A stretch of 64,000 nt of DNA, from NCBI RefSeq assembly GCF_006345805.1, contig NC_043002.1, positions 48,422,001-48,486,000 of the forward strand, given 5' to 3'. The notes under the pieces were generated by a model. It did not search any database and was not told the origin of the DNA. It saw only the letters and a program-made list of their open reading frames with translations. Source of the DNA: Octopus sinensis. Taxonomy: Eukaryota. Position numbers and translations under genes: made by a program. Position 1 is the first letter of the stretch, and each line of letters starts with the position of its first letter. Below, piece by piece: positions 12,146-25,441 of the stretch.

Positions 12146-12950
12146 GGCGGCGAGCTAGCACATTAGCACGCCGGGCGAAGTACTTAACTGTATTTCGTCT
12201 CTCTTTACGTTCTGTATTCAAATTCTGCCGAGGGGCGATAAATTAAGTACCAGTTGCGTACTGGGGTTGATACAATCGACTGGCTCCCCCAACCCGAAAA
12301 TTTCGAGCTTTTGCCAAGAGTATGAAAGATTATTACTATCATTATTATTATTATTAATGCAGCAAGGTAAGAGATTCGTTACCGCGCTGGATGAAATGTT
12401 TAGCAGTATTTTGCCCATTACTAGTTCACATTCCACTAAGGTCGACTTTACTTTTCATCCTTTTGTCGTCGATAAAATAAGTACCAGTGAAACAGTGGGG
12501 TCGATGAAATCGACTTATCCCCTCCTCCACAAAATGCTGCCCTTGTGGCAAAATTTGAAACTATCATTATTATTACTGCTATTGTTAAGGCGGCGAGCTG
12601 GCAGAATCGTTAGCACACCGGGAAAAATGTTTCCCGGCATTTCGTCCGTCCTTACGTTCTGAGTTCAAATTCCGCCGAGGTCGACTTTGCCTTTCATCTT
12701 TTAGGTGTCGATAATTTAAGTACCAGTTGCGTACTGGGGTCGATGTAATCGACTTAATCCTTTTCCCCAAATCTGAGGCCTTGTGCTTCCAGTAGAAAGG
12801 ATTATTATTATTATTATTGTTGTTGTTGTTGTTGTTGTTATTCTTATTATTACTGTTATTATAAAGGCGGCGAGCTGGCAGAATCGTTAGCACGCGGGGC
12901 AAAATGCTTAGCGGCATTTCGTCCGTCCTTGCACCTTTAGTAGAAAGGAT
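12146..12950 (+). mobile_element. Head-to-tail cluster of four family A SINEs separated by (ATT)n tails
   Basis: Heads GGCGGCGAGCT at 12146, 12589 and 12866, plus a diverged copy at about 12360. B-box GAGTTCAAATTCC; AGTAGAAAGGATTATT tails. Confidence 0.85.
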
Positions 12951-12957
12951 GTGTGTG

Positions 12958-13104
12958 TACGACGGATTTCTTTCCGTTTTCGTCTGTCAAATCCACTCAC
13001 AAGGCTTTGGTTGGCCTGGGCCTATGGTAAAGACAGTTTCGTAAGAAACCATGCTGTGACACTGCGCCCAGGAAGCGATATTCTTAACCACATAGCCGTG
13101 TCTG
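12958..13104 (-). mobile_element. Family B SINE 5' half
   Basis: CAAATCCACTCACAAGGCTTTGGTTGGCC...TTCTTAACCACATAGCC. Confidence 0.7.
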
Positions 13105-13254
13105 CTTAATTTACCTTCATATGAAACTCTTCGGTAAATCTTGTTTATTGCAATCTTTTAATTTCAAAGTAAGGAAGAAGTAGGATGTATTTATTTAAAA
13201 GAGAGAGAGAGAGAGAGAGAGGGGGGAGAGAGAGAGATAGAGAGAGAGAGAAGA

Positions 13255-13730
<476 letters not shown>

Positions 13731-13965
13731 CATACCCTTCTGATATATACACAGAAATAGTATCATAACCTGTAAGCGTATTTACATGTGGGGCTTGATA
13801 TTTGAGTCGCAATAAAATGTCTCCCAAATACCACTAATACAATTATTGATTTCTTAGATTGGAACATGCAGATTTGTGGATTATATGTAATGGCTGGAAT
13901 TAACTGGATCCAACTATTCCATGCCATCTAATAGTATATATCAAGTAATTATTTGATGAGGGAAA

Positions 13966-14365
13966 GCAGCGAGCTGGCAGAAACGTTAGCACGCCGGGTG
14001 AAATGCATAGCCGTATTTCGTCTGCCGTTACGTTCTGAGTTCAAATTCCGCTGAGGTCGACTTTGCCTTTCATCCTTTCGGGGTCGATTAAATAAGTACC
14101 AGTTACGCACTGGGGTCGATATAATCGACTGAATCCATTTGTCTGTCCTTGTTTGTCCTCTCTGTGTTTAGCCCCATGTGGGTTGTAAAGAAATAGGTAT
14201 TTCGTCTTCCGCTACGGTCTGAGTTCAAATTCCGCTGGGGTCGACTTTGTCTCACATCCTTTCGGGATCGATAAAATTAGTACCAGTTACGCACTGGGGT
14301 CGATGTAATCGACTTAATCCCTTCCCCTAAATTCGAGGCCTTGTGGTTCCAGTAGAAAGGATTAT
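13966..14365 (+). mobile_element. Family A SINE, internally duplicated (dimeric) form
   Basis: The block CTGAGTTCAAATTCCGCTG.GGTCGACTTTG...GTACCAGTTACGCACTGGGGTCGAT occurs twice within one element; ends AGTAGAAAGGATT. Confidence 0.85.
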
Positions 14366-15639
14366 TTTTACGAGGTGGAAAATGTCAACATTGATGAGGG
14401 AAAATTTGATCTCTGAGCGGAATGAGAACAAAACTAAGTCCGACAAATTTGAAGCGTTACTACGTTAGCGTCGCGCATTCTTTCTTTTGATATATCTGTA
14501 GTAAAGTAAATTGTTTTCATTAAAATACTTTAGAATATATTATTGATGATTTGATGTATTGCATTCATATTTCTCAATAAATCGAATTAGACAAAATTTT
14601 CCTGCATCATTATATCTAACAACATTAAACAATAAAAAAATGTGTTAAAATGTTTTATGGTTTTAATTAATTTTTTTCTCTGAAAGAAAAATTTTCCTTC
14701 GTTTCAGAAAATTATTATTAATTATATCAGTGTCATAAATTGTTGATCTTTGAAAATGTTATAATACTAATTGTTATCTTTGATGTTTTCAATCTAATCG
14801 TTAGAATTTCCAGTTAATGTCATCTCACTATTAAGAATGAATTGCGTTATCTATTAGGTTCCTTTAAAATTCCACGTTTTTCATGATCCTTAAAAGAAAA
14901 CCTATTCCTAATAAAAACTCAGTGTTTATACATTATGTGCTATTTAAAGTATTCAGAAAATTGCGTTTGGTGGCTGATCATTTCTAAAGAAACACAAATA
15001 TAGCCATGTAAGAAGTTGGACCAACAACAACAATCTGAGAGATACCGGTAAAAGCATTTCAGACGTCAATATCACCATGTAATCATCACGAGAAGTAATG
15101 TTCAGGAAATTATAGTCTTAAAATACGAAACGCTATGCCAATAGCAATTACGAATTTTTCGTTCATTTTAGATCTCAAAAAGAAATCAAGACATTCTTTT
15201 CAGCGACGCAAAGCATCATTTGGTAAACCAATACTCTCACACCACTCTTGGATTACATGACAAGGTAGTGATTGTATACTATAGGAGAGTCACCCTCACT
15301 TCTACTTCTTCTCCTCAGAGATACTTTCTTCCGCCTTTTCTTAGAATAAAGTAGAGCTACTTATCAATATCTGTAAAATAAAAGGTGGTCGATTAAGCAG
15401 AATCGTGAGAGCAGTGGACAAAATACTTTGCGATATTTAGTTTCTGTCTTTATGTTCTGAGTTCGAATCCCGTGAGGATCGATATTGCCTTTCAAACTTG
15501 TTGGCTGCGGTTCAACAAGCACTAGTCTATCAAGTCGACCGTTGTTATTTGCCAGAGCCGATCTAATAGACTATTGACCATCCCTGAAAATTCAGAGGAC
15601 TAGAAATCACAATCTTTAATACAGTGCTACAACTGTCCG

Positions 15640-17700
15640 AGTCTTGAGAGCAAAAGGAACGCACATGTAAACAATAAAACAATTAACAAAAAATTGAAAA
15701 CAACAAAATTCCACAATACGTCAGGAGAACCACCAACGGGTAACCAAGGCATCCTAATGATCCTGGATGTCCTAGTCTGCCATGTGTACCACAGGGAGGC
15801 ACTCCTCTCCCATCCATTTTCTTCAGTCAATAGGATCAGAGTAAGGCTAGCCAATCAGGTCATTATGGCTACATTCACCCACCCTTCATCAAACTCCCTC
15901 TCTCTTTCATTGTGAAGTGGAACATTACAAAAATGTTGATGCAGGCTTGGCCGAGGAGGAAATTGACTGTCATCAGCCTTTCATTCTCGACCACAAACAC
16001 AACTTTTTTCGTCATAGCCACCAGGCAGAGAAAAATTACCTGCCCTTCCTGACAAAAGGAGGACGGTGAGGAGATCTTTATGATGGATTCAATCGATTGC
16101 CGTCCTGCATGCGATAGCACCCGTAACTCCACAAGTTATCAATGCTCGGATACTGTACAAGCGGACAGGATGCTTTCGTTACTAGCGCGCATCTCGGACA
16201 GGCTCGATGCTACCATGACTGTATATTTTATCTCAAACTGATAATATCCCTCTGTAGCACTGCCAGTCTAGGATTTTTTTGAAATTACCCATAGGCTCTG
16301 GACTGAGAGTTCTTCGGAGGAGAAAAGCCAGTTGATTTTCATTGACTCTGGGAGTTTCCTCGAGGACCTCGTCACACTTGTCCACCATTAATCTCCTATA
16401 GGACTGCTTGAAACTTTCAATGGTCGTACTGCTCGATCAGTAGAGGGTTGTGAGCGCCTGACGACACTCTTTGAGTCAAGTACCCAGCTCTGTCAAAGAG
16501 ACGGGCTGCAAAAAAGGGATTCTGACAAATGATGACTATTCTGTTCAGCATTAAAGAAGTGCTGTAGCTGTCGAAACCTCAATGCATCCGTGCACCTTTA
16601 GCTACGTCAATCCGCCATGCAGCAAATGTTGGCAGCAAACAGAGCGTCGGTGAAAGGGATGGAGTAGCGAATCCGTCTCTTCCACAGAAAGCATAAGAGC
16701 AAGTACTCTAGTCTATTCAGCCATAAAACGAGTCAAGACATGACAATTAGGATGGATGAGATGCAAGCGTTTGCTGCCTTCACTTGAACCTTCAAGGATA
16801 ACTTTCTCTCGACCCATTCATAGGTGAGATTGACCACCCTATTCATCACCTCGCTCCTGTTCTTGTCTACCTGGAGATCAGGACCAAACTAGACCACATT
16901 TTACTGTACCACCGCTTCGTAGCCCCTCAGAGCACTATCGATCACCTTGTTGTATTTGATGTCCGATGATATATCGTTGACATCATCGCATGAGCTAACT
17001 TTACCTCCTAGTTTACACGGGATTCCTCTCAAAACTGCCAACTTCTGGGTATGAATTTGGTTTTGCTTGTTTGTAATGTTAGTGGTGTTTGTGAGTGTGA
17101 GTGTGGTGTGTGGTGGGGTGACGATGATATTGTTGATAGTACTAGTGTTATTCGTTCAGACCTCCCAGCTTCTTTAGCATAACGTACTTTTTTTACTTTT
17201 GTTTTCTGAGTATTGTTTGCTATTTCAAGTGTTCCCCCTTACTTTCGCAACATGACATGTCTGATTAATCGGAGAAGCAGCTCTTGTTATTTTCGTTCCT
17301 GTTTTGAGACTTTTTGTTACTGTTGTCGGGGAATGTGATGTCCCTGAGGATTGTGCTTCTTTTGCTGTTTTGTTGTGGTTGTTTTCACTACTAGCATTGT
17401 TGCTTTTGTTTTTTGCTGTATGTGCCATTTCCATTAATCATGCTGCTGATGCCGCAACCAACATTACTGCGGTTAAATGTTATGGGTGTTACTGTTGCAC
17501 TTGGTTTCGTTATTGTCACTGTCGACGTTGTATTGTTGGCGGTAGGAGAGTCCATTTCCCCACTTCCGCTTCTTCTTCCTGTTGGGGACGAAAGGTGTCA
17601 AGGTGATTGGCGTTTCTGCAATTTTAGCATTAAAGCTTCCTACCTTCCATTATCACCTGCAGTTGTTACCCTCTTGAGATCACTGTTAGGTCGAGGATCT
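15640..17700 (-). mobile_element. Decayed L1-clade (Tx1-like) LINE: ORF2 3' part (15640-17040) and possible ORF1 zinc-knuckle remnant (about 17580-17690)
   Basis: Reverse complement is colinear with the 50.8-52.4 kb copy (RGIP..S.DDV, IFLCLVAMTKKVV against IFLFLVAMAKEVL). Upstream LQVIMEGRKL*C*NCRNANHL resembles a CCHC knuckle. Confidence 0.65.
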
Positions 17701-17724
17701 TGTCTAAAGGTTTCAAATTTTGTC

Positions 17725-17900
17725 TAAGGCCAGCAATATTGAGGGGGAGTGGGTAGTCGCTACCATCATCCCATTGCAAGAAGTAGTATTTTATTTTATC
17801 GACCTTGGAAGGATGAAAAGAAAAGTTGACCTCGGCGGCATTTCAATTCAGAACATAAAGAACAGGAAGAAATACTACATGACATTTTGTCCGGCGCTGA
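17725..17900 (-). mobile_element. Family A SINE, diverged
   Basis: TTTTATCGACCTTGGAAGGATGAAAAG...GTTGACCTCGGCGGCATTTCAATTCAGAAC. Confidence 0.7.
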
Positions 17901-18049
17901 CAGTCCAATAATATATTACTTGCAATATAGATATTAGAAACATTGTTTTAAGCATTTATAAGGTTTATTGTGAACCAAATATATCAGATTCACAATCCAG
18001 TTAATGTGATTCAAACTCAGCAAATAATATCGACAATTTCATTGTATTG

Positions 18050-18560
18050 TATTGCATTCACCGGACGTCTGCCCGACAACATACACGCTACTTCATTAAC
18101 TTCTGTTGTCGCAAATAATACTGATTTAAAAGTTACTTCTATTTAATTTGATAACTGTCTTGGTGTACCAGGACTTCCTGTATATTCTTGAATCTCGCAT
18201 TGTACTATCATATTCTCTCAGTAAGCTTTCAGCCGTCCTATCAATATCTTATGTTTGCTTAAGCGTGTCTTCTGTTATTACATCTATGGCGTGACTAAAG
18301 TAGATTTATATAGGTCTTCTGTACTCTAATTATAGCTTAAGATGCAGACCATTTATCAACCTTTTTCCTTCCGTTCATTTTCGTTAAAGTTATCACTCTG
18401 GTACCTGAAAGAAGAGATGATCTTATGCCACCAGCTCATGTAAACAAAAGAAAAGATAATGTTCATGTGGAATATTAAGTAGGACAAATGAGTATATTTC
18501 GGAGTCAATGTCCCCCAACCTTGCTCTTTAATTAGTAGATTCTGGTTGTGTTTCATATTC
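18050..18560 (-). mobile_element. Possible highly decayed RTE-like LINE 3' fragment
   Basis: Only short vestiges, GWGTLTPK (compare ETWTLT) and GSPGTPR (compare GRPRK), in the expected order. Confidence 0.25.
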
Positions 18561-18894
18561 CCCCTGATTAAATAGGGTATTGAGTAGTCGAGTGACTGAA
18601 CAACTTCCTTAATAACAATAATGATAATAATAATAAAAACTTGAATTAAAATTAAAACGTTATAAATTACAATTCCATCTAAAAGGTTAATTCTTATAAG
18701 AACTTCTTGATAAATCTATTTGAATTCAGTTTAGTTTTATATTGAATTACATACAAGTAAAACTAATCTTCAAAATGTATTTCGAATGTGCAGTCACATA
18801 TTTATTAGATAAGTGAAATCTACTTATTCTATCTTATGAATACGGGATAAATAAAATATATTTATTTCATATTGATCATATTATCATCGTGAAT

Positions 18895-19255
18895 TTGGTA
18901 GTCAGAAACTGTGTGTAAGCCAGACGTATATGTGTGTGTGCTTGCGTGCGTGCGTTGTGCGTTTGTGTGTATGTGTTTGTATGTGTGTGTGCGTTTGTGT
19001 TTACGTGTGCTTGCGTGCGTGCATGTGTTCGTGTGTGTGTGTTCGCTTGCGTGCGTTCGTATATGTATATATATATGCGCCTGTGTCTTCGGCTTTGGGT
19101 TTGTCCCTCATATTACTTGATAACTGATTTGCTTACGCCCCTGTAACTTAGCAGATCGGCAAGAGAAATCAATAGAAGAAACAGTACTGAGGTCGATTTG
19201 TTTGACTGAACACTTGGTACCCCAGTGAGGCTGCAGTCGAATGACAAAAGTAAAA
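18895..19255 (+). mobile_element. Family B SINE (partial) with degenerate (GT)n core
   Basis: GAATTTGGTAG..AGAAACTG...GCCCCTGTAACTTAGCAGATCGGCAAGAGAAATCAATAGAA. Confidence 0.65.
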
Positions 19256-19489
19256 CTTTAAAGTTAAAAAATCAAAAGGAAAAATACAAACAAGCAGTAA
19301 AATATTTCACAAAGTAATCAGCAACATGAACATTTCTGATAACGGTCATACCAGATCTCATTCTTACGACTTCATATACATCTACATACACCTACAGCAA
19401 TCAAAGCTATTTGTCAGCAGACGAGGGAGATGCACCTACAACAATCAAAGCCGTTTGTCAGCAGAAAAGGGAATAACAGAAAATGTAAT

Positions 19490-21007
19490 ATTTTATCTGT
19501 CATCTTGTTTGCTATTGGACTGCAGTCAAGCTGGACACCACCTTGAAGGTTTTAGTCGAAAAAATTGACGCCAGTACTTCATGTCGTTTTTTAAAGCCGG
19601 ACATTTATTCTATCGGTCTCTTATGCTGAACCACAAAGTTATGGAGACATAGACAATCCATCACCAATTATAAAGTGATAATAGAAGACAAAGTCAAACA
19701 CGAAGACACACGCAAAGGTATATACGTACACACGTGCGCGCACACACATATGTGTGTGTTGCGTGTCTATACACACAGCCGTGAAAGAAGTAAATAGACA
19801 CCCCATACAACTTCGTTTTATGTTTATTCTAACTTCTAAATGTTTATATTTTTATCAATTGACATTTTTATGTTTCAAGTTCTATATGTGACTGTTTAAT
19901 CATGTCATGTAAAAAAGAAGTCTTGAAACTATCTGAATTTCTAAGAGGCTATATTGTGGATCATTCTGAAGGTAGACATAGCGTAAAATCGCAGAAAACC
20001 TTGGGATCCCGCATTCTACTGTTAGGGTGATTGTGCAATTCACCAGAGAGGGGAAGAAGTCCACATTACCTCACCCAGATCAACCAAGGACCTCTAACAG
20101 GAACCTCCTCTTTGTAAAAGAAGTATGGAGATAATCCTCATTGCAAGGCCTCTGACGTAGCAGACCAAGATGTCAGTCCCAGAACAGCAGCCAGGTACCT
20201 CCACAAACTTCGTTACTATGGCAGAGCAGCAAGAAGGAAGCCACTTCTTCAACCAACCAACATCAAGCGGAGAAAAGATTGGGCCAATGAGATGGTGGAG
20301 AGGCGACTAGCATTTTGGGACACTGTTATATTCTCTGATGAGTCCAAATTTACAGTATTTCCTGACAGTGGCCAGTGTGGGTCTGGAGACTCTGTAATCA
20401 AAAATTCATGTGAAAAGATTGTAGCCAACAATGAAACACTGCAGCTATTCTGTGATGGTCTGGAGAGCAATTTGGAGCAATGGGTGATCGGAGCTGGTGG
20501 AGTGTGAGGGAAACATAAACTCAGATAAATATGTGACCATATTGCAGAAAGGACTCCTTCTAATCCTCTCCAGTGGTGAAATGGTTAAAGAAGACCCTTT
20601 ATCTATGTAGGATGGGGCTCCTTGTCATACGGTTAAAATTACCCAAGATTTGTTAGATGAGAATGACATTAAGAAGCTTCCATAGCTAAGCCAGTCACCA
20701 GATATGAACCATATTGAACACATCTGGGTCATAATGTGGACAGGACATTTTATAGAAAGAACAAGAAAGCATCTTCAAAGCCAGATCTTTTGAGATTACT
20801 GCATGAAACTTGGCAAGAATTTCCGCAAGAGAATATTTGTCATTTGATCAGTAACATGCCTAATAGAGTCCTTGCATAGAAAATGCAAAGAGCATGTTTA
20901 CTAATTATTACATATTCACATCATAACACTGAATAAATAATTTGAATGTGTAATTTCAGCTTTAAATAAATTTTAATGAGTATAAGTGTGTCTATTTACT
21001 TCTGTCA

Positions 21008-21065
<58 letters not shown>

Positions 21066-21215
21066 CTGATGACCTACTTCTTTTAGCTTCTGTCTACCAA
21101 ATCTATTCACAAAGTTTTAGTTCATCCGACACTTGCCCAAGATACCACGTTGTGGGACTGAACCCGATATCATGTTGTTGGGAAGAAAACTTCTTACCGC
21201 ACACCCATGCCACCG
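19490..21215 (-). mobile_element. Family B SINE split by a nested Tc1 insertion
   Basis: 3' half at 19490-19770 (TTATTCTATCGGTCTC..GCTGAACC..AAGTTA); 5' half at 21070-21215 (CTACCAAATCTATTCACAA..ACACTTGCCCAAG..GGGACTGAACCC). Confidence 0.65.
19776..21013 (+). mobile_element. Tc1-family DNA transposon (DD34E), full length, decayed
   Basis: 26-bp TIRs CAGCCGTGAAAGAAGTAAATAGACAC / GTGTCTATTTACTTCTGTCATGTCTA. Motifs AARRKPLL, VIFSDESKF, DGAPCH and SPDMNHIE, with 34 residues counted between D and E. Stops and frameshifts present. Confidence 0.92.
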
Positions 21216-21577
21216 CTAATAATAAGCATATTTTCTACATGGGTCAATGAACTTCACCTATTTCTTCCATCACTTACCATAAAAATAGCAAAAGGAAAAT
21301 GAAATAAAAATTTCAAAAGCTGCGAGATTTGGTGAAGTCACTAACATACTCCTAAACTAACTAACGCCAGAAGTAATCAGCAGGTAAAGTCATAGCATCT
21401 TTTAAGTAGATTAAACCTAAATAGTATTCTGCAGTTGTGCCAACCTCTAATTCATTCCCTCGAATATCGTATGAAGACGCATCATTCAGTCACCAAAACA
21501 CTCATACTTTTCTTTCATCAACTTTTACAAATTCCAACTATTACTCTCAACCATCACGCTACCGAAAACAAGACACA

Positions 21578-21690
21578 TGCACACACACACACACACATAC
21601 ACACACTCACACACACACACACATAAACACACACACACACACACACACACACGCGCGCGCACTCACTTACACAAACAAACACACACACGC
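21578..21690. repeat. (CA)n microsatellite
   Basis: Direct read. Confidence 0.95.
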
Positions 21691-24018
21691 ACGAACGCAT
21701 GCTATCAAAACACATCTGCTAATACATTCAAAAGGGAAACATTGCAATATGTGGTCCAAATACACTGAATAAAAAAAACAGGCTACAACACAAAACACTG
21801 GTTGCCAAACTTTCAGGTCTCTCAGCTTATACATTATACAAGTCCAAGAAAGAAACAGTGATACAAGCTCAAGAAAGGAACAACGATACAAGCCCGAGAA
21901 AGAGGTTCAGCGTGATCATTTGACCTACAAGTTATAGCAGTCAAATCTCAAGCGAATCATAACATTTTGAAAATAAGAACATTTGGTAATGTGGTCTTAG
22001 CTGTAACTGTCCCTAGCAAAAAGACGAGATGATAATGGCTGGAATGGTTTTTATCACAAGTTTACAAAGACTCTGCAAGCAAAAGACATTTAGACATTGA
22101 AATTGTTTCAACACATCTGATCACCACCCACTTATTCTTAAATAAACTTATACAAAATTGACATATCTATAAAATATACACAGTGTCGAATGTTCTCTTC
22201 GTTCCACTGTCCTCCAGACGCTGCTACACAAATTATATATTAGTCAGTCAAATACCTGATTTTAAGTAACAAACTGTCTGTCACACCTACCTATCAGTAA
22301 TCTTACGAACAACACTACAACAAGCAAATGCAATCACGATCACACTGAATAATATGAACACACCATACACAATCACACGCACAATTATGGTATAAACTCT
22401 ACATACACACACAACAGATACATACACGGAAAAAATACTAGAAATTACTAATACACTCTATAAAATTTACAGTATATGTCTGAAAGTTAGTAAAGAAGCA
22501 CAATGCTGAATAAGCATACCGGGAGAACAGGTAGTCACTACAGGAAGAAACTACAGTAAACCTCAATAAAATACAACTGTGCTTTGTAACATATTAGACG
22601 TAACAAAGACCACACCCATAGACTATCACCTACGCTACTCTAGAAATAAATTAGAAGTGAAAAATCACAGGGTCATGACAGAGTATTGTTTATCACTGCT
22701 ACAGCCTTCGACATTACCGCTATATGTAAAGTCATCTTAAAACAATTAGATATCTACAAAACTTCAAACATTACTTCTTATCCGAAAAAATATTCGCCTT
22801 TCATTCAGTCTATAAAATGAACATGCACAAAAATAGCAGTCGCATCAATAGTCTTATTCGCCTCAAATATAATACAATGATGTACACCAACAATGATTAG
22901 TGCAGAGTAACCGCAACAGCTGCGCTCTTATCAGTACCTCGTTTTCCGCCTCTGATGTGGCTAAAAAGAAATCTATCAGCTTACATAACTGAATTATAGA
23001 AAATCTACAAAATGCCCTTTTGCTATATTGTGATCCATAACGCATGGAACATGAAGCACGATCTTCAGCTTGGAGGCTTTGTATACCTAACGTTGCGTGA
23101 CTGTAGATCGTCCCTCGTCATTTGATCTACTTAACCTATATGCCATATATTTACATGATCAACAAAAGCTGTATCATGTTATCCACCATACGTCGACAGC
23201 ATCACGTGAGTTAAGTTACAAAGACGTATAGCAACAATGTCTAAGAATTATAAGTTTGACAATTCTGTTTATTTTTATTTCTCTTTGTGTAATGAACAAT
23301 AGCATAGCCACAACCGGATAACTGAAAGCAGTAAAAGAATCACATGATATAATTCTAACAATAATGTAAAGCAGTAAAATCTTTACATTCAATTTATTTT
23401 TCTCCATATTAATTATTTTCTCATGCTGATTAAAAGCATGCAATCCGAACCCAGAAGAAAGACGGACAAGAGTAGAATATTAACAGCTGTACGGAATATT
23501 TATTTTAAGTACCTAAAACCGAAATTGAATTTCTGTATTGAAGTATAAACACTAAACTGAAGGAGATTAATGGTGGTCAGCATCGGCAAAATATTAAAAT
23601 TTTTCCTTCTTTGCTTTTAAAGTATTTCATATAGAAATACTCTGTTCTGGAAACTATTTGAAATATTTCAAAGAGAAATAATGTACTTGAAATATTGCTT
23701 CAAGTATTTCGCACAGTAAAAATAAAACCCAGATTGACTGAACTGAAGGAATAATTTCAATCTGCAAAGAACAATTTGAAACTTGAGTTGGTGGAACATT
23801 TTCAACACGAAAGTAGTGTTGACGAAAAGTAAGAAAGACACATTCAAGATGAGTATTATGTAACGTCAAAACACTAAAACCTCTTTAGTAAATTTCAACG
23901 CTAGTTCAAAACAGACAATATGGATATTTTTAATACAAGAAAGCATAACTATTCTCTCTCTTTCTTTCTTCTCACTTTCTTCCTTTCTCTCTCTCCCTCC
24001 CTTTTTCCATTTTCTTCC

Positions 24019-24051
<33 letters not shown>

Positions 24052-24135
24052 GTGATTATTTATATATGTGTGTATGCATGCATGTATGCATTCTGTGGTG
24101 CAACGAATTAAGAATACATACTGAGGTGAGAGGAG

Positions 24136-24170
24136 TTTCCGACGTTTCAGACATTGCTTCTTCAGATTTG
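24136..24170 (-). ncRNA. Minimal type I hammerhead ribozyme-like core (probable Penelope-like remnant)
   Basis: Minus strand reads CUGAAGA-ag(caaugu)cu-GAAA-CG-UC. Stem I pairing is decayed. Confidence 0.45.
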
Positions 24171-25362
24171 TGATAAAAAAAAAAGACAGAAATGTTTCAC
24201 ATCCTTTCAATAAGAGCAACATACAGAAACTGAAAGGAAATGTACATTTGCATGTGATTACATGTGTAGAGAAGTAGTGGGAGAAACGTGTCGAGAAAAG
24301 AAAAAGAAATGGAGACGACAGAGGGGGGCAAAGAGAAAGAGAAAGCGGGTGACAGTGAGTAGAGCGACAATTACAGCGAGAGAAAAGTTAAAGGATGTTC
24401 GTTTAACCCAGTAATACTATGTGCCAAGTTAAAATGTTTTTTATGCTTCCTTGAGTGTTTGTATTCATAGTGCGTATTAGTTCTCGGCTACTAGTAGGCA
24501 GTTAATGGAATAACGTGTTGTATTGAGATAGATATTTACAGTATGAACTAGAATGTGTTCGTAAATGTGATAGAAAATGCAAGGGTCTATTTCACGAACC
24601 TAAAGGACACCACAAAGTTAATAACTAGTGCAGTATATGATGCTGTTGGAAGCGCAGCAGTTTTGTCCAATGGGCTACTGTATCTTAGAGCATATGCTTG
24701 TTTAGTTGTTGTTGAAGGGACAAGTATTGCATCTACGGTGTGTGCACTGTGTACATCTAAAAGTGCTTGTTGGTGTGCAATGGTGCATGGGATCTAAGGA
24801 GATTTCAATAAGTGGTTACAGAGATTCATATCTTCCTTGAAGGCGAGGAGAGACAGTGTACTGCCCTAGGATTTTATCTTCCCTTTCAACCTTGAAGTAA
24901 ATATAAGTGCAAAATCCGACCCGACACAGCATGTATACTTAATTTTTTTCTGTTACTTACCCCACGAAATATATTCTTGCCGAAACGGACCACTTATCAT
25001 TCTCTTTCGATTTTACTTTATATGAATATATATATGCATATGTTTGTATTTTATATGCATGTGTAAGTGGGCCTGCACGTATGTATAAATGTTTCAAAAT
25101 GTGTGGAGGTGCACGCACATACATAAACACACGCACGAAGAGACGTCGGCATGGCTAATAAATGTAAGTAACTCACTTCGCATTCATGAGATCCCGTGTA
25201 CCATCTCACTCCGTGGAAAACTTAGGCAAATTTTTTCTCACCTAAGCAAACCCCATGAACGAAATAGGGTAGATATAAAGTGTGGATGCTCTTCAGATGA
25301 GCTCCGCATGTAGTCAACGATTTGTAATGGATTTTTAGCCTAAATAAATGGTATGTGCTGAG

Positions 25363-25441
25363 AAATTGTAAGAAGTTTAATACCTCAATGTATGTTTAAA
25401 TATTGAAAAATGTAAGAGGTTTAATACCTCAATGTATGTTT
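25363..25441. repeat. About 44-bp tandem duplication
   Basis: TGTAAGA.GTTTAATACCTCAATGTATGTTT twice. Confidence 0.9.
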
